Assembly (NCBI GenBank): GCA_965238045.1
Contig: CBDEGU010000011.1
Span: forward strand, 640,402-704,401
DNA length: 64,000 bases
DNA from: Bryobacterales bacterium
Lineage (GTDB): Bacteria; Acidobacteriota; Terriglobia; Bryobacterales; UBA6623
Direction of reading: 5' to 3'
Shown: positions 39,679 through 49,357 of the stretch, one piece after another
Layout: every line of letters starts with the position of its first letter
How positions within the stretch are numbered: the stretch's first letter is position 1
The notes under the pieces: generated by a model
Database searches by the model: none
What the model was told of the DNA's origin: nothing
What the model saw: the letters and a program-made list of their open reading frames with translations, nothing else
Made by a program: the position numbers and the translations under genes

Positions 39679-41268
39679 CTAGGGCTGATCGAGGGGAAGC
39701 GGAACGGACTGGCTATCTCTCCCGCGGGCCGGTTCGAGAGCCTGGAGCGGTGTTTCCGAGCGGCGCTGCTCGAGCCAGAAAACTCCGTCTAAGGTGCCGC
39801 TGTTGCCCCGGGTGCCGACAAAATCAACGTCGCCGTCATCGTCCATGTCACGGGCGATGAAGGCGTCGAACATGCCGCGTTTGCGTCTCAAAATATCGTG
39901 GCGCGTCCACTGGCCCGAGGGCGAGCCCGAAGCAGAGGCGGGATTCTCGAACCAAGCGATGCGTCCCAAGCGATCGCCGATGCCCGTCTCCTCGCCGTCT
40001 TCGAGGCGCGGACCCCGGCTGTAGGCGCCGGTCATCAGGTCCTCATGTCCGTCGCCGTTGATGTCGGCCAGCGTGACGGCGACGAGTTCATCAGGCTCGA
40101 TGTCGCCGATGAGATGAAACTTCCAGACCTCGGATGGTTCGGCGGGTTGCTCGATCCAGCCGGCCGCGTGCGGCATCGCCGGCAGAACGACATCGAGCTT
40201 GCCGTCGCCGCTCAAATCGTGGAACGCCATATTAAACCCGCTGAAGGTTAAGGGGCCCAGCCCGCCGGCGTCAGCGCCGGTTTCGATGTTGACCGGGTGG
40301 GTCAGGAACTGGAGTTCCCCGTTGTCGTCGCGGCCTTGGTTTTCAAACCACAAGAGACGGCTCTCGCCACGCGAGCCGCCGAGAATGTCGATGTCGCCAT
40401 CCTGGTCGAGGTCCACCGGCTGGGCGTTGATGGGAACCTTGACCTGGGCCAGCACATGCTCTTGCCAGCCGGTCGCGCTGAGCGGATCTTCGGGCGGCTC
40501 GAACCACGACATCTCGGTCGCGGGCTTGTCGGCCGAGGCGGTTTCGCTTCGTCCGGAACCCTTGTTCGCGGCCACCACTTCCAGGCGGCCATCACCGTCA
40601 AGGTCGGCGAAGAAGACCCGGATGAACGAGCCCCTGCCGCGAGTCACCTCCGGGATGACCCGGTCCCATCGCCAGCCGCGAACCTTGTTGCCGGGTGTCC
40701 GCGCGGCGGGATTCTGTAGATAGAGCAGGTGCCCTTTTTCGCAGGCGATGATGATGTCGAGGTAACCATCGCCGTTCAAGTCGCCGATGGCCGCGTCCTC
40801 GGCGCTTCGAGCTTCGGCCCCTTCGGCGAGCGAGAGCCGGAACCAGTCGGTCAGATCCTCTGAGCCAAAGGCCACGCGTACATGGCTGCTGTCTTCGTGA
40901 ACCGAGACGATGTCGGCGATGCCGTCCTTGTCGAGGTCGGCCATTTGCAGGCCGTCGGCTCCGCGCAGCCTGACCCCGCCGGCAAGATCTTCATCGTCAA
41001 TACGGTGTTCTTCCCATGAAATATAAAGACCTTCCGGGGTTTGCGCTTGGGTCAAACTCGCCTCGACCGCAACCGGCCCGGATGGGGAACAGCCGCTCAA
41101 GAGCACCGAGAGCCCCACCAGGATAGAGGACAACCACCGCGACCGGTGGGCGGAAATCGGCCCAGAGACGATGCGCGGGACCGCGGGGCCGGATGGGAAC
41201 CGCCGCGGACCTCCCGTGTGAGGATGCAGAGGAAGATGCGGAACTGGTCGGATCAGGAAGGCGGGCAT
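39679..41268 (-). CDS. FG-GAP/VCBS repeat (integrin-alpha-like beta-propeller) lipoprotein
   Basis: Repeated DLDGDG/DLNGDGY/DINGDGHEDL/DMDDDGDVDF calcium-binding FG-GAP motifs. Lipobox-like LLSGCS. The start is uncertain (track ORF starts at 41439). Confidence 0.7.
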   Translation of the reverse strand: MPAFLIRPVPHLPLHPHTGGPRRFPSGPAVPRIVSGPISAHRSRWLSSILVGLSVLLSGCSPSGPVAVEASLTQAQTPEGLYISWEEHRIDDEDLAGGVRLRGADGLQMADLDKDGIADIVSVHEDSSHVRVAFGSEDLTDWFRLSLAEGAEARSAEDAAIGDLNGDGYLDIIIACEKGHLLYLQNPAARTPGNKVRGWRWDRVIPEVTRGRGSFIRVFFADLDGDGRLEVVAANKGSGRSETASADKPATEMSWFEPPEDPLSATGWQEHVLAQVKVPINAQPVDLDQDGDIDILGGSRGESRLLWFENQGRDDNGELQFLTHPVNIETGADAGGLGPLTFSGFNMAFHDLSGDGKLDVVLPAMPHAAGWIEQPAEPSEVWKFHLIGDIEPDELVAVTLADINGDGHEDLMTGAYSRGPRLEDGEETGIGDRLGRIAWFENPASASGSPSGQWTRHDILRRKRGMFDAFIARDMDDDGDVDFVGTRGNSGTLDGVFWLEQRRSETPLQALEPARGRDSQSVPLPLDQP

Positions 41269-41368
41269 GAAGTCATTCACTTTACCGCCGTAACCGCCGC
41301 ACCGCAATCCTGGGGGCAATCTTGAGAGGACTTCCGGTCTCGCCTCCGGCAGAGAGCCGGGTTCGGCT

Positions 41369-42013
41369 CTACCGGTCTCCCGCCGCGAGAGAACCGGCGG
41401 ACAAAGCGCGGGAGAAATCGAATAGTTCGCCCCCTTCAAGCTCGGCGCGGAGCGTGCCGGGGCCTAGTGGCTTGCCGCGGTTGCGGAAAAATACGGCGCC
41501 GTCTGTGGAGTCTCCCGGCGCTAGTTCTGTCCGCACAAACGAGATCGCCGATGCCGCCGCGGCGGCCTTGATGCCGCTGGACCCGCTGGCCAGGGCGTTC
41601 CGTCGGCGCTGTTCGTAACCGTTGTTCGAGCGTATGACCTCATTGCCAAAAAGAGCCTTCTCGTACGCCCTCTGAAGTTTCATCACTTCCCGGCGGCCGG
41701 CCTTTTCGTAGAGCTGCTCGATCACCGTCGGAGCCGGAGTCCCCCGCAGGCGGCGGCCATCGACCGTGTAGTAGTAAAAATCGGCTGGTTTCACAATGTG
41801 GACACGGTGACTCCCGTTGCTGAACGAGATTTGCAAGACCGCAAACTCCCGGACGGTGAGCGACAGGGGAGCGAACATGAGCGTCAGCCCGTCCCGGCTC
41901 AGCGTCTGGTACCGCAGGCCGTTCGAGGTGAACTCAATCACTTGCGACGGGAGGACGAAAAACGGAAAGAACAGGAGCCCAACACACACCCACAGCCACC
42001 AGCCCCTGTTCAC
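41369..42013 (-). CDS. Hypothetical membrane-anchored protein
   Basis: 214-aa ORF with an N-terminal hydrophobic segment WWLWVCVGLLFFPFFVL. No recognised domain. Confidence 0.5.
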   Translation of the reverse strand: MNRGWWLWVCVGLLFFPFFVLPSQVIEFTSNGLRYQTLSRDGLTLMFAPLSLTVREFAVLQISFSNGSHRVHIVKPADFYYYTVDGRRLRGTPAPTVIEQLYEKAGRREVMKLQRAYEKALFGNEVIRSNNGYEQRRRNALASGSSGIKAAAAASAISFVRTELAPGDSTDGAVFFRNRGKPLGPGTLRAELEGGELFDFSRALSAGSLAAGDR

Positions 42014-42047
42014 GCCTTTATGATACAGTAACGGCGAAAGGTCTTAG

Positions 42048-42223
42048 CCCGCTTTTGTCACCACGTGGCGAAGCGAAGTGCGTGAGAGGTCCGTCAGCAC
42101 GAGGCCCGCGCCGCTTGACGAGCGCAGGCGTACTTGAGAGTACGTTGAGCACGGCGAGCAAGCGCAACGAAGTACTGGCGGGCCTATCGCGTGCTTCGGC
42201 CGTCAGGTGGTGAGAAATGCGGG
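42048..42223 (+). mobile_element. MITE copy B (176 bp), IS1380-type termini
   Basis: CCCGCTTTTGTCACCACGTGGCG...GTCAGGTGGTGAGAAATGCGGG, flanked by TTAG at 42044-42047 and 42224-42227. Confidence 0.8.
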
Positions 42224-42240
42224 TTAGCCCGTAATAAGTA

Positions 42241-45078
42241 ATGAAATCGCTAATTGGTCTTCCACCTTCAGCCTACCTGAAGGTCTCCCAGGAAGCGAAC
42301 GTAGCTCTCTCTGATCTTCCCCAGCTGGTGCAAGAGCTTGAGAACGGGTCTGCGCCCGCTTTTCTGGCCCACCATCGCCCCGATCTTGGTCTCGGATTGA
42401 GTGAGATCGAGATTCGCGCCATCGAGAACCGGCTGCGGCAGTTCCTCGACCTGGAGGACCGGCGGATAACGGTTCTCACCGCCATCGGGCGGCGGGAGCA
42501 GCTCACACCGGAAGTTCGCGAGCGGGTGGAGTCGGCGGTGGATCGCTGGGAACTCGACGATCTCTATCTGCCCTACAAGCCGCGCCGTGGCACGGCGGCT
42601 GATCAGGCGATCGAGGCGGGCCTGGAGCCGCTGACCCGGATCATCGGCGAGCAGGCAAACGAAGGCAAGAACATCGAACAGATCGCCGAAGAGTACGTCA
42701 ACGCGGAACGCGGGATCGCCGATGCGCGGCAAGCTCTGCGGGGCGCGCGAGCGATTCTCGCCCGGCAACTGGCCGAAGACGCCGAGATACGCAAGAGCGT
42801 GAGACAACTGGTGCGGCAGGAAGCACAGCTCGTCGTGCATGGCGACGCCGAAACAGCCGATCGCGGCAAACGCAAGTACCGCTCGCTGATCGGATACCGC
42901 GCGAAAGTGCGCAAGGTCGCCTGGCGTCAGATGATGGCGATTCGGCGTGCGGCGCAGGAAGCAGGACTGAGCTACGAAGTCTTGCTGCCGGAAAACAAGG
43001 TGGTTGCACTCCTGCTGGCCGGCCGGTTGGAAGAACGTCGCGATACGACCTGCCTGCAAATCGGCGCGGCCGCCTGCGAGGCGTTCCACCAATATCTTGC
43101 GCCGGCCTTTGCCAGAGAGATCGTGCAGCGACTCAACGAGCGCTGTGATTCCGAAGCAATCCGGTCCTACCAGAAAACGTTTCGTCGAATTCTGATGACT
43201 CCGGCGGCCGGCCCCCTCCGCACCGTCGGCATTGAAACCGGGCGGCCCGGCGGATGGCGAGCCGCGGTTGTGGACACGGATGGCCGTTTTCTTGAAGGCG
43301 CGATCATTTTTCCAGACGGCAAAAACCCAAAAAGAAAAAGCGCTGGCGCCCTCGCCGAGACCGCGACCCCCGAGACCAGCGACCCCGAGCACTCCGAAAC
43401 GAGTACGGCTCCGCGGGCCAGCGAAGCGAACGAGCCGGACCGCGGCGCCGAGTCCGCGGTGGAAGAGTCGGCGCCCGAATTGGCACAAAGCTCGCCCCCA
43501 TTGTCGGGAGCCCCGGAAGGCGAAGCGCAAGCCGCCGCCGCGGCTACCGAAGTCGAAGTCCCGGCCCAGGACGAGGCGGCTCCCGCTGCGGACCAGTCCG
43601 CCGGCGACCCCTCCGGTGATGAGCAGTCCGGCACGGCCCAGTCCCAACAAGATCACAGCGAAGACGCCGCCGCCCTCCAGACCCCCGCGCCGGGTGAATC
43701 CCCGACACCCGGCCAGCCGCTCGCCGCCCCGGCGGAAAAAAGAGGGGACAAAAGGCCGGGCCGTGGCGAAGAGGAAAATGTCGTTTCGCTCGCCGAACTG
43801 CTTGCCAAGCATCAGGTTCAGGCCGTTGCCATGGCCAATGGCGCGGGTATCCGCCAAGTGGAAAGATTGGTGCGAAGCGCGGTGCGCGAGGCTGGCGCCA
43901 AGGATGTTTTCTGGACGACCGTTCACGATGCTGGAAGCTGGATCTACGCTTCCTCAAAACACGCCAGACGTGGCATGACCAGCGCGCCCGTCGCGCAGCG
44001 TAGCGCGGCCTGTCTGGCACGGCGCTTGCAAGATCCGCTGCGGGAGTTCGTGCTCATCGACCCCCGCGCCTCGGGTATTGGCCAGTTTCATCAGGATGTC
44101 GACCAGCGGCGTCTGCGCAACGGACTGCTTGCCACGCTCGAGGCGGTCCTCCACGAGGTCGGGGTCGACCTGAATACGGCGCCGGCCGAGATGCTGGCGA
44201 TGGTTCCTGGCTTGACTGAGCGAGCTGCCCGGCGCGTGGTCGAGCATCGCGAAAAAATCGGGGGTTTTCGTAAACGCGAACAGCTCAAAGACGTCTCCGG
44301 GCTCAGCGACCGGGTCTACGAGCAGGCTGCCGGCTTCACCCGCGTCCGCGGGGGTGAAAATCCGCTCGACGATACTGGCCTTCACCCGCTGGCCGGCCCA
44401 GCGATGGAAAAGATTCTGGCCTCGGCGGGCGTGTCGGCCGCCGAGGCCCTCAAAAACCCCGAGGCCCTGGAAGCGGCGCCGGTCGAGGAGTTGCAGGACA
44501 GAAAGTTTCCCGCCGCCGTGCTCCGCCACCTGGTGGGCCAGATGCACCACTCGGCCCGCTACCCGAGAGCGCCCTTCGTGCCGCCGAAGACTCCCGTCGA
44601 GCTGCGGCGAGCGAGCGAACTCCCGATCGGAGGGAAGGTCGAAGGCGTCGTTTCCAATGTGGCTGATTTTGGCGTCTTCGTCGATATCGGCGCCGAGCAG
44701 GACGGACTGCTTCATCTCTCCCGGCTGAGCGGCGACGTGGCCAAAGACCCCAAGACCGCGATGAAACCCGGCGACCGGATCGAGGTTTATGTCGAGGCCG
44801 TTGAGAGCGCCGGCAAGCGAATTTCACTGTCGATGCGCGCTCCGGCGGCCCGGCAAAGCGAGCGCAACAAACAGCTCCGCGAGCGGCGGCCGGGGGATCG
44901 GCGCTCAGGGGATGCACCGCGCGGGCGCCGCAAGCAACCCCGCCGAGAAACGACGATCGCGAAACGTTCGTTTGGCCCGGATGAGAAAGCGAAAGCCCGC
45001 GAAGAAAAGGAACTCAGAAACCTTTCGATGAACGAAAAACTCGCGCTTCTTCAGTCGAAATACCAAACGAAAGTGTAA
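42241..45078 (+). CDS. Tex-like transcription accessory protein (YqgF/HHH/S1 domains) with large low-complexity insertion and basic C-terminal tail
   Basis: The overall order is a Tex N-terminal helical region, then a YqgF-like region (VGIETGRPGGWRAAVVD), then HhH (LNTAPAEMLAMVPGL), then an S1 domain (GKVEGVVSNVADFGVFVDIGAEQDGLLHLS). An acidic/Pro/Ala-rich insertion lies at about 43330-43800. Confidence 0.75.
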   Translation: MKSLIGLPPSAYLKVSQEANVALSDLPQLVQELENGSAPAFLAHHRPDLGLGLSEIEIRAIENRLRQFLDLEDRRITVLTAIGRREQLTPEVRERVESAVDRWELDDLYLPYKPRRGTAADQAIEAGLEPLTRIIGEQANEGKNIEQIAEEYVNAERGIADARQALRGARAILARQLAEDAEIRKSVRQLVRQEAQLVVHGDAETADRGKRKYRSLIGYRAKVRKVAWRQMMAIRRAAQEAGLSYEVLLPENKVVALLLAGRLEERRDTTCLQIGAAACEAFHQYLAPAFAREIVQRLNERCDSEAIRSYQKTFRRILMTPAAGPLRTVGIETGRPGGWRAAVVDTDGRFLEGAIIFPDGKNPKRKSAGALAETATPETSDPEHSETSTAPRASEANEPDRGAESAVEESAPELAQSSPPLSGAPEGEAQAAAAATEVEVPAQDEAAPAADQSAGDPSGDEQSGTAQSQQDHSEDAAALQTPAPGESPTPGQPLAAPAEKRGDKRPGRGEEENVVSLAELLAKHQVQAVAMANGAGIRQVERLVRSAVREAGAKDVFWTTVHDAGSWIYASSKHARRGMTSAPVAQRSAACLARRLQDPLREFVLIDPRASGIGQFHQDVDQRRLRNGLLATLEAVLHEVGVDLNTAPAEMLAMVPGLTERAARRVVEHREKIGGFRKREQLKDVSGLSDRVYEQAAGFTRVRGGENPLDDTGLHPLAGPAMEKILASAGVSAAEALKNPEALEAAPVEELQDRKFPAAVLRHLVGQMHHSARYPRAPFVPPKTPVELRRASELPIGGKVEGVVSNVADFGVFVDIGAEQDGLLHLSRLSGDVAKDPKTAMKPGDRIEVYVEAVESAGKRISLSMRAPAARQSERNKQLRERRPGDRRSGDAPRGRRKQPRRETTIAKRSFGPDEKAKAREEKELRNLSMNEKLALLQSKYQTKV

Positions 45079-45170
45079 CGGCACGTCCCGTGCAACTACT
45101 CCGTGCAAGCGGCGGGGTACATGTCTTTCGGAATCTTCAGGAAACCGCCCGATATCGGAGTGCCCGCGTC

Positions 45171-46772
45171 ATGAGCGCCCTCTCAAACGACTCCAGCCCA
45201 TCTTCTCTTGGCAAGCACGGCCTTCAGAACCTCAACGAGATTCACTGGAACCTTGGCCCCGCCCGTCTGGTCGAACACGCTCTCCATCGAAACGAAGGAC
45301 AGCTGGCGGCCAACGGCTCCCTGCTGGTCCGGACGGGCCAATATACCGGTCGTTCGCCCCAAGACCGTTTCATCGTGGAAGACGACCTCACCCGCGGCTC
45401 AGTCGATTGGGGCGCGGTCAACAGGAAAATCTCTCCCGAACACTTTACGCGATTGCACCAGAAGATGCGGGCCTATTTGCAGGAGCGCGATGTCTTCGTG
45501 CAAGATTGCTTCGCCGGCGCCGACCCCCGATACCAGGTGCCGATCCGCGTCGTCACCGAGATGGCCTGGCACAGTCTTTTCGCCAGGCAGCTCTTCGTGT
45601 GGGCCGGCGGCCCTCGGACGGCGAATCACGAGCCGGAATTTACCGTCATCGGCGCCCCCGGTCTGCGGGCCGATCCCGCGACCGACGGGACCAACAGCGA
45701 AGCCTTCGTCGTGCTGAACTTTACCGAGAAACTTGTCTTGATCGGCGGGACGCGTTACGCGGGCGAAATGAAGAAGTCGGTTTTCAGCATTCTCAACTAC
45801 TTGTTGCCCGAGCGAGATGTGTTCCCTATGCACTGCTCGGCTAATATCGGCGCCAGCGGCGACGTAGCACTGTTTTTCGGGCTCTCCGGGACCGGTAAGA
45901 CCACGCTTTCCGCCGACCCGCAACGCCAGCTCATCGGCGACGACGAACACGGCTGGAGCAGCCAGGGCGTGTTCAATTTCGAGGGCGGCTGTTACGCCAA
46001 GTGCATCCGGCTCAGCGAGGAGAATGAGGCGCAGATTTGGGGAGCGCTAAGGTTTGGATCCGTGCTCGAGAATGTCGTCTATGACCCCGACACCCGCCAG
46101 CTCGATTTCGACGATGGCAGCATCACCGAAAACACCCGCGCCGGCTATCCCGTCGACTTCATCGACGGTGCCGTGATTCCGGGCCTCGGAGGCCATCCAT
46201 CTAACGTCATCTTCCTCACCGCCGATGCCTTTGGCGTCTTGCCGCCCATCTCGAAACTTTCCCCCGAACAGGCCATGTATCACTTTCTCAGTGGCTACAC
46301 GGCGAAGGTCGCCGGAACCGAGCGGGGACTGGGCCAAGAACCCTTGGCGACTTTCAGCGCCTGCTTCGGTGCGCCTTTCTTGCCAAGAAGCCCGTCCTCA
46401 TATGCCGGCATGCTCGGCGAACGGCTGGGCCGGCATTCGGCCCAATGCTGGCTGGTCAACACCGGCTGGACCGGCGGCAAATACGGAACCGGCAAGCGCA
46501 TGGATCTGCCGCACACACGGGCGATGCTAGCCGCGGCCCTGTCCGGCTCGCTCACCGATGTGCCCTTCACCGCCCATCCGGTCTTTGGCGTCGCCGTGCC
46601 GGAAACCTGTCCCGGCGTGCCCGGCAAGGTTCTCGATCCGCGCCGCATATGGCCCGACGGCGTCGCCTATGATCAGGCCGCCCAGGAACTGGCCGCCCGC
46701 TTCCAGGAGAACTTCAAGCAGTTCGCTTCCGCCCCGGCGAAAGTCCGTGCCGCCGGTCCTACAGTCGCCTAG
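45171..46772 (+). CDS. pckA: Phosphoenolpyruvate carboxykinase (ATP)
   Basis: GLSGTGKTTLS kinase-1a motif, IGDDEHGW and NTGWTGG. Typical length from the ATG at 45171. Confidence 0.95.
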   Translation: MSALSNDSSPSSLGKHGLQNLNEIHWNLGPARLVEHALHRNEGQLAANGSLLVRTGQYTGRSPQDRFIVEDDLTRGSVDWGAVNRKISPEHFTRLHQKMRAYLQERDVFVQDCFAGADPRYQVPIRVVTEMAWHSLFARQLFVWAGGPRTANHEPEFTVIGAPGLRADPATDGTNSEAFVVLNFTEKLVLIGGTRYAGEMKKSVFSILNYLLPERDVFPMHCSANIGASGDVALFFGLSGTGKTTLSADPQRQLIGDDEHGWSSQGVFNFEGGCYAKCIRLSEENEAQIWGALRFGSVLENVVYDPDTRQLDFDDGSITENTRAGYPVDFIDGAVIPGLGGHPSNVIFLTADAFGVLPPISKLSPEQAMYHFLSGYTAKVAGTERGLGQEPLATFSACFGAPFLPRSPSSYAGMLGERLGRHSAQCWLVNTGWTGGKYGTGKRMDLPHTRAMLAAALSGSLTDVPFTAHPVFGVAVPETCPGVPGKVLDPRRIWPDGVAYDQAAQELAARFQENFKQFASAPAKVRAAGPTVA

Positions 46773-47122
46773 TCCGGCTGGGCAGCCTGCGGCCGCCAGC
46801 GAAAAATAAATCATCTGGCCGTTTTAAACCTCGGAATTATGGTATTTATATATATTAGAGATACCTCCTAAATAGCCGCTGGCTCTGAGAGCAAGAAGCT
46901 CTATTGCCGGCTCGCTGCCAGAATGCATCTGCAACTGCGAGTCCGCTGGGACGACGACGCGGACGCGGAACACGAAAGCGGACACCTCTGAGCGTGGTCC
47001 ATCCATCTGTCCGGTTCGTCAAGACGGGGTCGGCCTCCGATGCGCCCAAAGCGCCCGGATCACCGAAGTGCCTCGGACATGAGCCCGAGAGAAGCGTCCG
47101 CGCCGGATCGAGGTAAGAACAC

Positions 47123-48157
47123 ATGCCAGGAACTGACTTGAAGCTGGTTTTTGTGGTCGCGCTAGCCGTAGTGCTGGCGCGAGGGGCGTCGGCGCAAACG
47201 CCCACCGCCGCGGCCGGAACCTCCCCGGCCCGGTTCTCACCTGAACTCGACGCCCCAGAGCAGGACGGCGACGGTTCAAGGCCTGCCCCCGGATACGTTC
47301 TGGGAGCCGATGATGAGATCGCCGTCCGCGTGCTGGACTCGCAAGAGGCCTCTGTCCAGCAGGTGCGAATCGGCGCCGACGGATACATTCATCTCCCGCT
47401 GGCGGGACGTGTTCGCGCGAAGGGCCTGACCGTCTCCGGCCTACAATCCGCCCTCCGGGAGCGTTTGAGACCCTACATTCGCGATCCCCAGGTCGTGGTC
47501 GTCATCCAGGCCTATCGCAGCCGGCCGGTTTCGGTCCTCGGCGCCGTTCATCGTCCCGGGGTCCATCATTTGCGGGGCCCCAAAACGCTGGTGGAAATCC
47601 TCTCCCTCGCTGGAGGCCTGCGTGCCGACGCGGGGCACGCGATCAAGGTTACGAGAAGACTTGACCAGCAGCGCATCCCGCTCGCCACGGCCGCGGACGA
47701 TTCGACTGGGCAGTTTAGCGTTGCCGAAGTCGACCTCAAGAAGATCATGGAAGCGGAGAATCCCGCCGAGAACATCCCGATTAAGCCCTATGACATCATC
47801 ACCGTACCCCGCGCGGAGATGATCTACGTGGTGGGAGAGGTCGTCCGCTCCGGCGGATTCGTGCTCAGCGAGCGGAAGAGCATGTCCGTTCTCCAAGCGC
47901 TGGCCCTCGCCGGAGGGCTGGGCTCGAATCCGAAGCCTAACCAGGCCCGCATTCTTCGGCCCGTCGCCGGCCGGGAAGAGCGAACCGAGGTCGCCATCGA
48001 GTTGAAACGCATCATCGAAGGCAAGTCGCCGGATATTTCGCTTCATCGGGACGATATTCTCTTTGTCCCCAAGAGCGGAGGCAAGATCGCGGCCAAGGCG
48101 GCGGCGCGCGCCGCCATTCAGATCGGCAGCGGCATCGCGATCTTCAGCACCCGCTAG
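47123..48157 (+). CDS. Polysaccharide export protein (Wza-like: Poly_export plus SLBB domains)
   Basis: Signal peptide. YVLGADDEIAVRV...IGADGYIHLPLAGRVRAKGLT and the later ITVPRAEMIYVVGEV are typical Poly_export/SLBB motifs. Confidence 0.8.
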   Translation: MPGTDLKLVFVVALAVVLARGASAQTPTAAAGTSPARFSPELDAPEQDGDGSRPAPGYVLGADDEIAVRVLDSQEASVQQVRIGADGYIHLPLAGRVRAKGLTVSGLQSALRERLRPYIRDPQVVVVIQAYRSRPVSVLGAVHRPGVHHLRGPKTLVEILSLAGGLRADAGHAIKVTRRLDQQRIPLATAADDSTGQFSVAEVDLKKIMEAENPAENIPIKPYDIITVPRAEMIYVVGEVVRSGGFVLSERKSMSVLQALALAGGLGSNPKPNQARILRPVAGREERTEVAIELKRIIEGKSPDISLHRDDILFVPKSGGKIAAKAAARAAIQIGSGIAIFSTR

Positions 48158-48309
48158 CAGCCGCTAGCGATCGGCCAGCAAGGGCGCCGGCTCGAACTTT
48201 AGAACGCCCCCGAATCGCAGTCGCGACCTGCGCGGTCTTGGCGGATTCGATGCCATCGGGCGGGATCGGAAGAGTGGAGTGGATCCCTGAGGCGAGGCCA
48301 AGAAATTAG

Positions 48310-48485
48310 CCCGCTTTTCTCACCACGTGGCGAAGCGAAGTGCGTGAGAGGTCTGTCAGTACGAGGCGCGCGCCGCTTGACGAGCGCAGGCGTACTTGAC
48401 AGTACGTTGAGCACGGCGAGCAAGCGCAACGAAGTAATGGCGGGCCTATCATGTGCTTCGGTCGTCAGGTGGTGAGAAATGCGGG
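48310..48485 (+). mobile_element. MITE copy C (176 bp), IS1380-type termini
   Basis: CCCGCTTTTCTCACCACGTGGCG...GTCAGGTGGTGAGAAATGCGGG, flanked by TTAG at 48306-48309 and 48486-48489. Confidence 0.8.
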
Positions 48486-48544
48486 TTAGGGACGTGTTGC
48501 GGTCGAGTGAAGAAGCATAGCGTATCCAACCGGTCTTCGGCTCG

Positions 48545-49336
48545 GTGTCCGTGTCGCGGATCGAAGAAGCCGATGTACAGTGGTTCTTGACGAAGGCCGG
48601 AACGACGCTCGCGGGGAAGTGGGTCCGGAATCTCCGGGCGCACCTGAGAGGCGTTCTTTCGTCGGCGGAACACTGGGGCTGGCTGAAAGCGGGCGCGAAT
48701 CCGGCGCGAGGCCGTCTGCGGCTGCCGGCTGTCGTTCCGGTCCGGCCGAGACGCGCGTTGCCGCCGGAGGATCTGCGTAAGCTCCTCGCGGTTCTCGCCG
48801 AGCCTTGCCGAACAGTCTTTCTTCTCACGGTGCTCTCGGATATCCGCAAGGGTGAACTTGCCGCCTTACGCTGGGATGACGTGAAGCCCGGCTATATCGT
48901 GATCGACGAAGCCGAGTACCGGGGAGAACTTAACAACCCCAAGAGTCACCGCTCGCGGCCGGAAATCTCGATCGGACCTGCGGTCCAAAAAGCGCTCGAA
49001 ACTTGGCGCGGCCGGACGCGATTCGGCACGGATCGGGATTTCGTATTCTCCATGGTGACGAATAGCCCGATCGAGCTTCATGACGCTCTAGCACGGCACG
49101 TCCGGCCCGCTTGCGAAAAAGCGGGAGTGCCTCGTATTTCGTGGCATGATTTGAGACACATGTGCACAACGTGGGCCCGGAAGTATGGGGTCCAAGCCGG
49201 GAGCATGCGAGAAGATCTCGGGCATGCGTCCGTTTTGATGACTCTCGGCGTGTACAATCACCCGGCGGATCGAATGGAAGCCGGAGCGCGGGTCGAGCGT
49301 TACGGTTACGCCGGTGTGACGGTCCTCGTGGCCTAA
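48545..49336 (+). pseudogene. Tyrosine recombinase (phage-type integrase), N-terminally truncated or decayed
   Basis: Catalytic-domain motifs SDIRKGEL (Arg), WHDLRH (HxxR) and LGVYNH (Tyr). Only 263 aa from a GTG. The same frame upstream reads ...SSEEA-TAG-RIQPVFGS, which still looks integrase-like. MITE C lies 55 bp upstream. Confidence 0.7.
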
Positions 49337-49357
49337 ACGGCTAGCACTTAGCCTGCC

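Noticed and set aside
48199-48849. 216-aa ORF spanning MITE copy C, and the 63-aa ORF 26638..26829 inside MITE copy A
   Set aside because: They run across a repeated non-coding element with terminal inverted repeats and flanking duplications. The reading frames are not preserved between the three copies and their flanks.
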